A stretch of DNA of 64,000 nt from Octopus vulgaris (taxonomy: Eukaryota). The translations under genes and the position numbers were made by a program. Within the stretch, counting starts at the first letter, position 1; each line of letters starts with the position of its first letter. The notes under the pieces were generated by a model. The model searched no databases. It was not told where the DNA came from and saw nothing but the letters and a program-made list of their open reading frames with translations. Where the stretch lies: contig OX597818.1 of NCBI GenBank assembly GCA_951406725.2, positions 24,676,001 to 24,740,000 on the forward strand. The letters run 5' to 3'. Of the stretch, positions 40,150-53,031 are shown piece after piece.

Positions 40150-41910
40150 CATAATTCAACATCTATGCTGTTTTGGCATGGTTTCTGCAGCTGGATGTCC
40201 TTCCTAACACCAACTACTTTATAGAGTGTGCTGGGTGTTTTCCATGTGACACCAGTATGAATGCTTTGAATGTGACACCAGCATGAGTGCTTATAACATG
40301 GCGCCATCATGAGTCCTTTTAATGTGGCACCAGCACAAGTGTTTTCAATGTGATGCTTGAATGAGTGCTTCTAATATGTCACTGGCACACATGCTTTTAA
40401 TGTGCTGCTGGCATTAATGCTTCTAATGCGGCACCAGCACAAGTGCTTACAATGTGGCCCCAGCATGGATGTTTTTCTCCACAACACTGAAACAGGTATG
40501 TATGGACGGCTGTGATTTTACATAGCTAGACATATCTTCTCAAGCACAGCAAATAATCAGAAGTCTCAATCCCTTGTCATCTCCACAGTGAAGCTCAACA
40601 TCTGAAGATACTTTCTCAACACTTTGTCCTAAGTCTTCCTGGGTCTACCCCATCCACAATCATAGATTGGCACTTTTTGATGCCACTGTCCTCATCAATA
40701 TACATTATATGGCCATACAAGTGCAGTCTTCTCTCTTGCATGCAACATCTGATACCTGTTATACCCAATTTGTCTCTTAAATCATTCACATTCTGTAGTA
40801 TGTGCACAATGACATTATCCATCCAGTGGAGCATACTGGCTTCATTTCTTTCAAGCATTTGTATGTCCTCAATAGTCAGCCCGTGTTTCTTGCTATGCAA
40901 CATGGCTGTACTTGCAAAGACTTCATACAATTTGCCTTTCACTCTGTGGAAGAGGCCCTTTGTTATCAACAAAGGTTAGAGCTCTTTGAACTTTGCCCAG
41001 CCCATTCTTATTCTTGCAACTAAACTTTCAGAACTTCCACCTCCACTACTAACTTGGTTACTTAGGCATCAAAAGCTATCTACTACTTCTAAGGATGTCC
41101 CTGGATATTTGAAGAAGTCTATTCTCTGCATATTCTTGGTGTTTATTGTACCTGCACCTCTGCCATGCACAAAACTGCTTTCTCTGTTAAGCTTCCAGCA
41201 ATAACACTGCACAGCACATTTTATGTGTCCATAGCTTTCACAGGGTACACTATATGGAACTTCTACCAACACCTTTCTGACATTGAGCAGGGCCATCTCC
41301 CTGAATAGATTTGTGAATTGTCTGTTTTCCTACTTAATAGGACTTTGGTTTTTGCTAAATTACTCTGAGGCCCTTAAATTCCAGTCTTTGCTTCCCCACT
41401 TGAAATTTCCTCTTTAGTTCAGGTGGTGATAAAGCTATAAGAACAAGTTCATCAGTGTAGAGGAGGTCCCAAAGGCAACCAGTCTTGAATTCCTCTCTTA
41501 TGAGTTGGAGGACTATGATAAACAAGAAGGGGGCTGAGAACTGGTCCTTGGTGAACTCCTACTTATACACTAAATTCATTGCTATACTCATTACCAATCC
41601 CTACCTTACTGACAACATCCCTGTACATCACTTGTACAGCTCCCATCAATCATTTATCCTTAGCTTTCTGGTGAGAATGTAGTCAATCTGGCTTGTGTGT
41701 CCACCAGACGGATAGGTGAATAGGTGACTGGCTGATTTCCTGAAGTTAGTACTACAGATCATAAAGTCATTTCTATCCCAGAACTCCAACACTTTGGTTC
41801 CTTCCTCATTGGGAAATCAACTCCATAACCTCCATGGAAGCCACCTGGATGCTGTTCAATATGTCCATGAAGAGAAGGTTGTTGTCATTTGCTGGTGAGG
41901 TAGTCTGCAA
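40150..41910 (-). mobile_element. decayed RTE LINE with APE remnant, RT and 3'UTR
   Basis: SQIDYIL; ELLYTDELV-like motif; SLEVVDSF; LITKGLFHRVKGKLY..RRLHLYGH. Confidence 0.85.
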
Positions 41911-43534
41911 AAATTGAATTCAGAATAAAATTGAAAAAAAAAAACACTAGAAGACATAATAAAATTAAGTTTGGACATTTTCTTTTTGTATCTGTAGATC
42001 TCACCCATTGCTTAAGGCAAATGGAACTTGTGAAAGTGAGAGACTTAGAAATCATAAGACAATGTAATGAATATTGGTCTCAGGACCTTGACTCTCATGG
42101 TGGATATGATAAAGGACCAGGATGACTGGCAATATGCAATGCTACAGAAAACCTGCCCATCTCAGCAAAACTGAAGTTCTGGAAGTATAATGTATATATA
42201 CACAAATGGGGCCTCTTGCCTAATTTCCTCATCAAGCTTTCCCTCCACCTCTTCATTTTTCTGTCAGTGATCTCTCAATCATTCGCCTAACAGCAGTTTT
42301 CTACTGCTATAATTAAATGGGGGTAGAACTATACATGTTATCATCTTTACTGTGATACCAGAACCATCCCGCTTTCATAACATTGCTGTTCTCCATTTAC
42401 ATTTTACATTAATTACCCCATCTTTCTATGCTACCAAATTATCTCTCTTTCACCTCTCCAGTGATTCATAGACTAGACTTGCCTATATCTCCATACATCT
42501 CACACTATCCCCATACACTACATCTATCGCCACTCACACGCTTGCAACCTACCTACTCTCACATAATCTCCATTTCTCTCATCCTTCTCTGTAGGTTGGG
42601 GAGAGCAGATGCAGAATAGTACCTATTCTCCCAGACCTTCCCTCAAACTCATATTTATCACTGATCTCCCCTCCACCATTCACAACATACCCACCAAATC
42701 GCTAGTCATTATCTAATCTCTCCCACGTTCTATTCAATTCATATTTATCATCAACCCTCATGCCCTATCTCTCTTGTTCAATATTTTACTCCTACTCCTT
42801 CTTTAGCAATCACTCACTCTCTCTACACACTCTTACAAACTCTACCTACTCCCTCTTCACATTCTTCTTTCCCTAGGCCCCACCCTGGTACATTGTTGCT
42901 ATCATCTTTATCTCTTTTTTCAGCTCCACTATAATTACTCCAGCCTACTCTTGTGTAATGTAAGCTGCCATGTATCTCTTCTACAAGGAATTTTTTCCAG
43001 TATCTTCCTTCATATTCTAACCTTTCATTACCTAGAATAACGCTGCCGCTATCTCTACAGAAGCCTCATTCAGTTGAATAAAATCTTAGTTTTGCAAGGT
43101 ATGCAGTGATTTCGCTAGTGTTGGTGTCATGAAAGAAGCACCTGTTACACCCTGAGAAACGGTTGGCATTAGGAAAGACATTGTAGAGGCCATACCAAAA
43201 CAGACATTCAAATATGGACTTGTCAAACTATACAAACCATACCAACTTGGAAGACAGGTATTAAAAGATGATGATGATGACAATGACAACGACAATAGTA
43301 TTGATGATATCAGCTTGCTTTTTTGTAATTTCATCAAATGAAGTTTTTAAATACTACTAATTGCAAAGGTGAGAAGGATGTTGTAAACAGAGTCAATTAG
43401 TTAATTTTATTTATTTATATTTTGTGTATTTTGGAAATAACTATTAACTCGCTGATCAGTCCCATAAACTCAGGGAACTGTAACACAAACACTTTTGTCA
43501 TAGTAGTGTAAGATTATATATATGAATATATATA

Positions 43535-44808
43535 CAGGGTGGGGCAGAGAGGATGGATGTTTTTGAAAAATTCACAAAATCATTAATTTTAGTAGCAAAC
43601 AAATTTTATTGACATCAATGAGTTCGATTTGAATTAGTATTTGTCAAAATCAAGTGTGGAAAACAACATCCATCATGTGGTATCCATTTTCAATGACGCA
43701 TTTCTGAAAGCGTTCTTGAAAGTTGGCCTCCACTCTCTCCAGCATTGCTCTGTTGATTTGGGCAACTTCAATGCGAATAGCTTCCTTCAAATTGTCCAAT
43801 GTATGGGGCTTGTGTGCATACACACGTGCCCTGAGATTTCCCCACAAGAAATAACCATACATGGACAAATCAGGGGACCAAGGGGGCTAAGGTATGTCAG
43901 CAAACCTGGAAAGAAGGCGGTTGCTGAAGAAAGGGTGAAGAACATCCATTGATGCTCCAGCTGTGTGGGTTGTCACCCTATCCTGCTGAAACCATACATG
44001 TCAAATAGGCATACGATTTTGTCGTAATTCAGGCACAAAAAGTTGTTCATCATCTCGATATAACAGTCAGAGTTTATAGCAACAGCATTTCCATTATTAA
44101 AAGAAGTAAGGACCAATGACAACAGCTTTTCCAACAGCACACCAGACTGTCACTTTTGGGCTGTGCAGTGGTCTTTCATGCAGTTCTCTTGAATTTTCAA
44201 GAGTCCAATAATGACAGTTCTATTGATTCACCATGCCATTGAGATGAAAATGAGATTCATCACTCACTAACAAAATGAGGTTGTCATTTGCCTCAAAAAC
44301 AGCTTCCATCTGAGATGCAAAGTTACGCTGCTGTGCATAGACCCATGGTTTCAACTGTTGTCCAATGACCAATTTGTACATGTGGAAATACAGGTCTTCA
44401 TGCAAAATACACCTTACTGATTGATTATTGATGCCAAGTTCAGTGGAATGCTTCCGAGCATAGTGATTCGGACTCCATATCAAAGTTTGTCTGATGCGTT
44501 CCACATTTTCCAGAGTCTATACCATTCATGGCACCCCCACCTGTCTCTTTATCAATAGTGTTTCGGTGAATGTTGAAGTGGCACCCAAACTCATGCTGAA
44601 CTGCTGTAACAGACTTGTTGTTCTTCACGTAACTGTTGTAGTCAAACATGTGATGCTCTCTCATTCACAGCACCATGGCTTCACCTGCAAAAAAAAAAAA
44701 AAAAGCTAGGACACTACGAACCAAATGGTAACTATCAGACATATGTCCCTTCCCCTAGGGCTGAGTAATAGCCATTTCGAAAGCGTCCATCCTCTCTATC
44801 CCACCCTC
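43535..44808 (-). mobile_element. Tc1/mariner-superfamily transposon (DUF4817-type HTH + DDD), decayed
   Basis: TIRs cagggtggggcagagaggatgga / cgtccatcctctctatcccaccct; SDESHFHLNGMVNQ, HSPKVTVWC, WFQQD, YFLWGNLRARVY. Confidence 0.85.
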
Positions 44809-45084
44809 ACATAAAAAGCACCATTCAAGTGTGGCCAATGCCAGTGCTGTCTAACTGGCTCTCATGCTGGTGGCATATAAAAAGCACCCACTATACTCTT
44901 GGAGTGGTTGGCGTTAGGAAGGGCTGTAGAAACCAGCTGTAAAAACCTTGTCAAATTCAATTGGAGTCTGGTGCAGCCTCCTGGCTTGCCAGTTCTCAGT
45001 CAAACCATCCAACTCATGCCAACATGAAAAGCAGGCGTTACACAACAAAGATGATGATGATGACAGACATACATACATATATAT

Positions 45085-45880
45085 ACATGAAGAGAATGAA
45101 TGGGAGAAAGAGAGTGGGCCAAATGTTGACCCAACAGAGGGACTAGCTATCCGAATTGACAGTACTTTGGTAGATAAAGCAATTAAGAGTATGAAAACAA
45201 GGAAAGCCCCCAGCCCATCAGGAATCAGCGCAGAGATGCTTAAGAAATCTGGCGGTGTAGGCTAGAGTCTAATCATCCATATAGTTAACCAGGTGATACA
45301 CAAAGGAATCATACCCAATGACTGGTGGAGCAGCACCATTGTGAACTGCTGCAAAGGTGAAAGTGATGCCTTAGATAGAAATAATTACAGAGGTATCAAA
45401 TTGTTGGATCAGGCGATGAAAGTCATGGAGAAGGTCATAGCCTAACTAATTAGGAAGAGAGTTAGTCTAGATGAGATGCAGTTCGGGTCTGTGCCAGGGA
45501 GAAGCATCACTGGTGCTACATTTCTGGTAAGACAGCTGCAGGAGAAATTTCTAGCCAAAGACAAACCTCTGTACTCGGCTTTTGTTGACATGGAGAAAGC
45601 CTTTGACAGGGTCCCCTGATCCCTTATCTGGTGGTCATGTGGAAACTAAGGATAGATGAGTGGTTAGTGAGAGCTATACAAGCTATGTACAGGGATGCTG
45701 TCAGTAAGGCGAAGGTTGGCAACGAGTATAGTGAAGAATTCTGGATAGAAGTACGGGACACCAAGGATCAGTCCTCAGCCACCCTCTTGTTCATCATAGT
45801 CCTCCAGGCAATAACAGAGGAATTCAAGACAGGCTGCCCCTGGGAGCTCCTTTATGCTGATGATCTTGCTCTAATAGTAG
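45085..45880 (+). mobile_element. RTE LINE RT fragment
   Basis: KAPSPSGISAEML, NYRGIKLL, AFVDMEKAFDRVP, PWELLYADDLAL. Confidence 0.9.
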
Positions 45881-45884
45881 AGCT

Positions 45885-46170
45885 TTATTTTCCATTTCAT
45901 GTGCAAAACGAAAAAGTCAGTTAGCTTGAGACTGGAGATGAACATGCCTGTTGCAATTCCTTTCACCCTCGTCTTCCATACAACCTCTTTCGCAATGGCA
46001 ACTGCCGAGAGAAAACAGGCTCACTCCTCCCTATTCAGTGGGGTCGGCGGAATGATCTTAATTACAGATTCACTCGACAGTTGTACTCTTCTCGAATGTG
46101 ACAGCAGGTATTCAACATAAGCCCAGAGCTCAGTCACTTCAGAGCATTGCACAATCGCATGCAGGAGCAG
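45885..46170 (-). mobile_element. L1/Tx1-like LINE C-terminal fragment
   Basis: LLHAIVQCSEVTELWAYVEYLL..AIAKEVVWKTR. Confidence 0.65.
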
Positions 46171-46301
46171 CCGAACCAAGCAGGTGTCGCTACTGACTGT
46201 CTGTTCGAAGGATTATTTACCTAAATTCAGTGGAATGCATCCACTGGTTTTCAAAAATAGAAATATTATTATTTTTAAGTCTCTCAATTTCTATCAATGC
46301 C

Positions 46302-46342
46302 CTGCATTGATAAAGGGCAAATACCCTGAAACTAGTCTGCAG
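46302..46342 (+). ncRNA. minimal type-I hammerhead ribozyme with U3:A8 core variant
   Basis: CUGCA-UUGAUAA-AGGG(caaaua)CCCU-GAAAC-UA-GUC-UGCAG. Helices I and II are perfect; helix III is the palindrome ACUAGU. Confidence 0.72.
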
Positions 46343-46557
46343 ATGCCTGGCCAACAAGGGGAAGCGGCTGACTTCCCCTGTTCAAAGGTTATAATGGACA
46401 CAGGTTCATGTGTCACATAGCTAGCTAGAGGCGATGGCCTCTTGGAGCTAATTAATGGCAGCATTCATCCTATATTTATGGACTGCCATATTAGCTTGGC
46501 AATAACTATTAATAACCAGTACAGCTGCTGTAGTCTCCTTTAGAGAGACTTAGAAAT

Positions 46558-46597
<40 letters not shown>

Positions 46598-46677
46598 TCC
46601 ATAATCATAGGTCTGAAAAAAGAAGCACACTCTAAGTTATAGAGCAGTATATATTAAAGTTAGATAAGGCCGTTTTA

Positions 46678-46740
46678 TGGGATTACTTTAGGTTTCACAT
46701 TTAGAAAGGGCTTAATTTTATGGCATATCATCAGATCCCA
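46678..46740 (-). ncRNA. type-I hammerhead ribozyme motif with canonical core
   Basis: UGGGAU-CUGAUGA-UAUGCC..AUGU-GAAAC-CUAAA-GUA-AUCCCA. Helix I is perfect, helix II weak. Confidence 0.72.
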
Positions 46741-47651
46741 AAACCTGTTGGCTAAAGGCCTCTCTAGAATATGGAGGAGAATGGACCCCATTACTCAATG
46801 TCAACAAAGGGGATTGTAGTCCTTTGACTATCAATCACTGGTGACCCTGTTATCCTGTGGGTTCCAATAGGCTAGCAGGAATTTTCCTGAAATGTAAGCA
46901 CAGTCTGAAGACCCCTGTTCTGGAGGTCAAGATGTTCCCTGGGTAGAGGGAGCCCTTTAGGATCCTTGCCTGTTCTGCTATGCATAATTTACAGTGATTG
47001 GTCCTGTTAATGTAGGGGCCTGGATTTTCTAGGATTCTCCATGATATTGTGTATGGAATCCTGGCACCCATCAGCTGCCATAAATAGCTGGCTAATGACA
47101 TGAAGAATCTTTTTTAATGACAACGCCTTCATCAATGGCAATGGCCATAATAACAACAATGGCACCTTTACCAACACCATTGCCATCTCCAATGATGCCA
47201 ACACCAGTACCAACAGTGCCAATTCCAGCAGCAGTGGTAGCAATGACACCAACACCAATAGTCACACCACCGCCAATATCTAACCATGGAGATATGTCGG
47301 CTATTCCACCAACTCAAACAATGCCTTTCCAACCATACATCATCCTTCAGGATGCCGGAAAGAAGATTCATCACATCATTAGGCAGCTGATAGGCATCGG
47401 GATTCCATACACAATATCATGGAGAATCCTAGAAAATCCAGGCTCCTACATAAATGGGACCAATCACTGTAAATTATGCACAGCAGAATGGGCGGGGATC
47501 CTAAAGGACTCCCTCTACTCAGGGAACATCCTGAACTCTAGAACGGAGGTCTTTGGACAGTGCTTACATTTCAGGAAATTCCTGCAAACCTATTGGAACC
47601 CACAAGTGATCGATAGCCAAAGGGATACAATCCCCTTTGTTGACATCGATT

Positions 47652-47714
47652 TGGGATCTAATGATACGCCATAAAATTAAGCCCTTTATGGATGTGAAAC
47701 CTTAGGTAATCTTA
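47652..47714 (+). ncRNA. hammerhead motif copy with G5A core substitution
   Basis: UGGGAU-CUAAUGA-..CCAUAAA/UUUAUGG..-GAAAC-CUUAG-GUA-AUCUUA. Confidence 0.65.
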
Positions 47715-47744
47715 TAAATCAGCCTTATCTAACTTTAATATATA

Positions 47745-49354
47745 CTAGCAGAGATAGCCAGTGTTGCCTGTGTCACATGGAATTGAAGAATTAGACTTTT
47801 CTTTTATATTTTCTCCAATGGACTGGAATACCTATGATTCGAATTTCATCAAAATTGGAGATTAAGAATTTTAATGACGTGTTCTTTCCCTCTTTACACA
47901 CCCTAACAAAAATTCTAATCATGACATGCTCAGATTCCAAAATCCAAATCTTATAAAACCTATTCAAAGGTTTTTGCTCCTAAAAAATGGAACACATGGA
48001 GCTCTAAAATGTGGAAGTTAAGGGGGTGTTTTAAAGCCAACCAGAGAAGTTGGGAATCTTTTTTTAACTTGTGTCTTATATCTGTTTAAATTTCTTTGAA
48101 ATTGGAAATATATGAATGTTCACTGGGTTTATGAAAGAGAGCAAAGCTACAGGAAACCAAAAGACAAATCATCACAGTAAGCAGTCAGCTATCCTACTCT
48201 AGTCATTACCAATCCCCAATGTAGGATTCCTCACCATATAGATGACCAGCAGAGCCATAAGGTGATTTGCAGATCTATAGCAATTGGAAGGGCATGACCC
48301 AACTCAAATAAACATTAACAACTGTGTGATATGAGGGCTAAGGGGAAATGAAAGAGTCACCTATGAAGTTTGCCAATGATCACTATGTTGATAAGAATAA
48401 ATTTGCAAACTATAAATCTCTTTGAATAACCAATTACTTATCTGGAAAGTTACCATCTGGGGACTATCTCTGACCCTGTGATAATAAAAAGACTCAAAGG
48501 AGGTCTGCAACCAAATAACTTTACTCAAAATAACAGTGGATGCAAATATACCTCTCCTTTACTTGACAATTTATGCACAACATTGCAGAAATCACAATTT
48601 ATGTAAATCTTAAAGCAAACTCTTACACTGTTGTACCAGTGAATTACAAATAACGCTCATCTTGTATGCTCGGGTGACTCATAGCTTCCAAGTCTATAAT
48701 TGTATTCATCTTGGCTTAGGAAAAATGACTAAATTGTATGGGTTAGGCCCCATTAAGGGATGTTACTAACGCCTATGAAGTTGAAATTTTATGAATATTA
48801 CTTCATTTGTGTGTAATATCTATGGTTAAAATTTCATCAACAGCAAAATTTGACTTCATTTATGCCCCCTCACTTTCAAACTTATACTGCATTACATCTG
48901 TGCCTATGCATAGAATATAATTTCCAAATTTCATAAAGATCTATTCAGTACTTTTGAACTAGTTTTGGATCATAAAAAATGACTAAAATCTGGGAGTTAA
49001 GGCCCCCATTAGGGGGTCTTAGAATGGAAACTTTGGGAATGCTTCTTGATGTGTGTCGCTTACCTATGGTTGAAATTTCATCAACAACGGAAACTGCCCC
49101 CTTTAAGCCTCCTCATATTCAAACCAAGAATACTGCATTATACCTGCCCTTATGCATTGAATCTAAGTTCCAAATATCATAAGGGTCCATTCAGTAATTT
49201 TGGGCCATGAAATTGTATGAAACATACAGCATTACCTTTCTCCCTAGGGTTGGATTTTGGGTTCCAAATTACATTAGGATCAGTGCAGTAGTTTTCAAGT
49301 CTATAAGTAACACACGAACACACATAAAGACATTGACTGTCATATAATAGAAGA
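47745..49354 (-). mobile_element. non-autonomous Helitron
   Basis: Minus strand A|TCTTCTATTATAT 5' end and a degenerate hairpin + CTAG|T 3' end; paralog at 58965-60184. Confidence 0.75.
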
Positions 49355-50195
49355 TATTCAGTATTACTCATAGAAGATGAGAAAGGGCCAATTTTTATCC
49401 CAAGCCATCAAGGACAAGAGGAAAGACTATGCTACAAAGCTTTTGAATAAATTCAAGCATCCCCTCCAACTTGAATATGCTTTGGTTTTTCTCAGACGAG
49501 AAAAATTTCTGCCAGGATCAGATCGTGAACACACAGAACAACCGTTGGCTTGCTATGTCCCCAAAACACCTACCGAGAGTGATAAAAATCAAACATTCAG
49601 TCAACATCATAGTGTTTGGAGTGATCACTAGTGATGGTGATGTTATGCCTCCATTCATCTTCCCACACAGCCTCAGACTCAACGCAGAGGCCTACATCAA
49701 GTGCTTGGAAGAAGTGGTGTTGTCCTGGATGAAGAGGGTGGCTGCTGGAAGACCCTATATCTGGCAACAGGACTCTGCACCATGCTACACAAGCAGGAGA
49801 ACCCAGTCATGGCTGTCAGATAATTTCTGCAACCACATCACCCCTAACATCTGGTCACCTAACTTCCCAGGCTGCAGCCTCTTTGATTATTATGTGTGGG
49901 GTACAGTTGAGCAAGAGACTAACAAAACTCCTTGTAACACCAAAGATGAACTGAAGGCAAGGATTATGGCAGCATTCACCAACTTAAACAATGAGACTGT
50001 CCTGAAGAATTGCAGGAGATTCCGAAGTCTGGAGGCTGTGGTTGAAGCCAGTGCCAATTTTATCGAATAAATTTACTCTTTAGTATTATTTCAAGATATT
50101 TTGATGTAATTTTGGTAAATATATCAGTTAAGATGAGATGTAAGTGTTATTTTCCATTTTTGCATAATTTAGACAACAGTTTATTCACCACTATA
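49355..50195 (+). mobile_element. maT (DD37D) transposon, 5'-truncated
   Basis: FFSDEKNF..WQQDSAP..FDYYVWG, with 37 residues between the 2nd and 3rd Asp. Confidence 0.9.
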
Positions 50196-50199
50196 TAAT

Positions 50200-50775
50200 C
50201 ATCATCATCATGATCGTTTAACGTCCGCTTTCCATGCTAGCATGGGTTGGACGATTTGACTGAGGACTGGTGAACCAGATGGCTGCACCAGACTCCAATC
50301 TGATCTGGCAGAGTTTCTACAGCTGGATGCCCTTCCTAACGCAAACCACTCCAAGAGTGTAGTGGGTGCTTTTACGTGTCACCGTCATGAGGGCCAGTCA
50401 GGCGGTACTGGCAATGGCCATACTCAAATGGTGTTTTTTACATGCCACCTGCACAGGACCCAGTCTAGCGGAACTCGAATGCTTTTTCATGTGCCAGTAA
50501 GGCAACGCTGGTAACGATCACGCTCGAATGGTGCCTAACAAGCACAGAAGCCAGATAGCCGCTCTGGCAACGATCACGCTCGGATGGTGCTCTTAGCGCT
50601 CCACTAGCACAGATGCCAGTCATCATATTTGATTTTGATTTCCCTTGCCTTAATAGGTCTTTGCAAGCTAAGTTTAGTGTCCAATGAAGGAAAGGTACAC
50701 ATAAGTGGGCTGGTTACACTCCTGGCATAGGTCCTGAGGTTATGGTCTCATTTGGCTTGCCGGGACTTCTCAAGC
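50200..50775 (-). mobile_element. RTE LINE 3'UTR
   Basis: Reverse complement of the 20200-20357 tail (tttaacgtccgctttccatgctagcatgggttgg). Confidence 0.8.
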
Positions 50776-51289
50776 ACACACACACACACATATATATATA
50801 AGTTGTCATAATAGCCTATTATGACAACTTACAGATTATCCTAAACTATACACATATAAATATCCTCTATTTACCTAATATCGAGGTCTCATTCTTTTGT
50901 TGTCACTTTTATTATTATTATTATTATCATTATTATTATAAATTATTAAAGATTTCTGGGGATAGAAATTTAGCAATATTGGAACTGTTTTAAAGAGAGG
51001 TAACCAAGGCTGTGAGAAAAAATTTTAAGTTCCTCCTCTGGTATAATTCAGTGAGATGTATTCACATTTATGTTGGTTAAAAATTATCCATTTCATTTAC
51101 AGATATATGATTGGTTTCTATAAATGTTCAGTTTGACAGAAATTAACTTCAGAAATGTTACGGGGGAAACAATGATGTTGAATTTAGAAATTTTATCAAT
51201 TTAAAGTTAGTCAAAGAAGGGACAGCATACATGACAATTTCAAGGTTTAACAAACTGGTGTGACAAAGGTAGTTGATGGTCAGTTTTAA

Positions 51290-51775
51290 AAATTATATCT
51301 AAATGATCTCTGCAGAAAAAAAACAAAAAAACAAAGGAAGGGAAGGAATTCCAGAAGATTGTGTTTGTAAGAGTGAATGACAGGGTGATAAGTTTAGTTC
51401 TGGATTTAGGAATTGATATATATTTGGGCTGACAGGTAAATGAGAAATAGGTGGATGGTGTAAGTAGAAAGCAAGTTGAGGGGAGCAGAAGCTGTTGTAG
51501 TAATAATGATAGAAGAGGTCAAATGAAGAAACAGTTCATCTGTGAGCTAATGAGTGAAGAGTGGTGATTAGGGAACTTTTACTAATGAGTTGAATGGCTT
51601 TCTTTTTAATATGGTCTAGAATGTTTGTGTATATAACATCAATGCTGTACTGCAATTTGTTTTACTTGAACTTGGTAGATAGTCAGCAATTGATTGGGAC
51701 TGAAGTATTTTCTGACTGTAATGAAGAAGCCTTGTCTTCAATGCAATTTTGGCAATGTTGTAAACACGAGATATG
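51290..51775 (-). mobile_element. CR1/Jockey-group LINE 3' end, decayed
   Basis: KYFSPNQLLTIY..LDHIKKKAIQLI..LHSLAHR..LFYHYY..FWNS. Confidence 0.65.
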
Positions 51776-52579
51776 AAAGTGCATGGCCTAGTGTTTAAGG
51801 TGTTGCATACACAATCACAAGATTGTAGTTTTGATTCTCAGACCAGTGGTGTATTTTGTTCATGAAAATACTTCGTTTCATGTTGCTCCAGTCCACTCAG
51901 CTGTAAATGGGTAACCCTGTGACAGACTGGCATTCTGGTCTGCCTGCCAAGCCAGAAGATAGGCTTCATTTAAAAGCTACAATGTAGGGAGCACATTGTG
52001 ACTAGCAGCATAAACAACATCTGATAGTCTGATCAAATAATCTAATTTGTTCATTGCAATTTATGATTTTTTTAAAAACTTTAATTGTATCCCTGTAGTT
52101 TATACACCTCAGAGATCTGTTTTAAAAAGTGGACAACTCATGCTTTAGTTTACAAATAAGTGCCAATGAATGTCCAGCAGGCCTTAAAAGTGCAATTCTT
52201 AAAACATTTCCTGTCCTTGCAAAAATAGAAATCCATTTATCACACTGAAATTAAAATCTATTTCCTGTCCTTGTAAGAAAAAAATCAATTTATCACAATA
52301 GTTAAAATCACCTTAAGGAAAACCAAACAACGTGGCTGTGAAAGATTTAGTTCAGATTACATTCATTTTATAATTAGATTAGTCATCTGAACAAACCGAG
52401 ATTTCAAGATATGTTTGCTTAATAAAAAACAAAAATAATAAAATTTTGTCATTTACTTTGGAAATTGAATGTAAGAATGAAAGAACTCAATGTTATTCTA
52501 AGTATTGTTTTCACACTAATTAGAATATATCTATTCAGCTTGTAATGGTCTAATCAACAATGAGAAATAGTAAGTAAAA

Positions 52580-53031
52580 TCTGATGCGGCAATTTTTTTT
52601 CCAGGCGCTTAGCAGTATAATTATATAAGGGGTATCGGCTAAGTAGGACACTTTTAGCATTAACATTCAGCTAGGTTAGATAACGTTAAGTGGTAGATGA
52701 ACATTGTACAAATACACAATATATTTTTATGTCGAATCATAGCAATGTGAGAAAGAACATAGAGGAGGCTGGTTGTAGATTTAGTGTTACCATTATCAGG
52801 AGCAGCGGCCGTTACAACACAGTAAGCAGCAGCAGAATTAGCAGCAGGCGGCTGGTTGCGGTTGCTGTCGCCGGAGAGGCTGGACCAGCTCTGTATTAGA
52901 CAGAGTTCGGATACAATTAAGCAATTACCTCCTATTTCGATAGTTTTTTTTAGGAGTAAACGGAAACATTATTCAGTTTGTGAAAGAAAAACTTAGTACC
53001 TTTACCGTTACAGAAAAAGCTGTTCGCCGAC
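52580..53031 (+). promoter_or_regulatory. probable promoter/5'UTR of LRRC58
   Basis: Repeat-free, locally CpG-retaining stretch upstream of the ATG, with TATA-like tataattatataag near 52616. The TSS cannot be determined. Confidence 0.45.

Larger units (their letters stand above)
46646..47746. mobile_element. inverted pair of Penelope-like 3' ends (GIY-YIG C-terminus + terminal repeat)
   Basis: IPYTISWRILENPG..NHCKLC..LNSRTEVF on both strands (46850-47101 minus, 47380-47620 plus); arms match out to 46646 and 47746. Confidence 0.9.

Noticed and set aside
40243-40475. CRISPR-like array
   Set aside because: No unique spacers, eukaryotic context, and the array is part of a LINE 3'UTR.
47117-47674. 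185-aa Pro/Thr-rich ORF as a host gene
   Set aside because: Low-complexity spacer fused to a Penelope GIY-YIG C-terminus.
52690-52899. 69-aa upstream ORF
   Set aside because: GTG start, AGC-repeat composition and no recognisable homology; likely 5'UTR.
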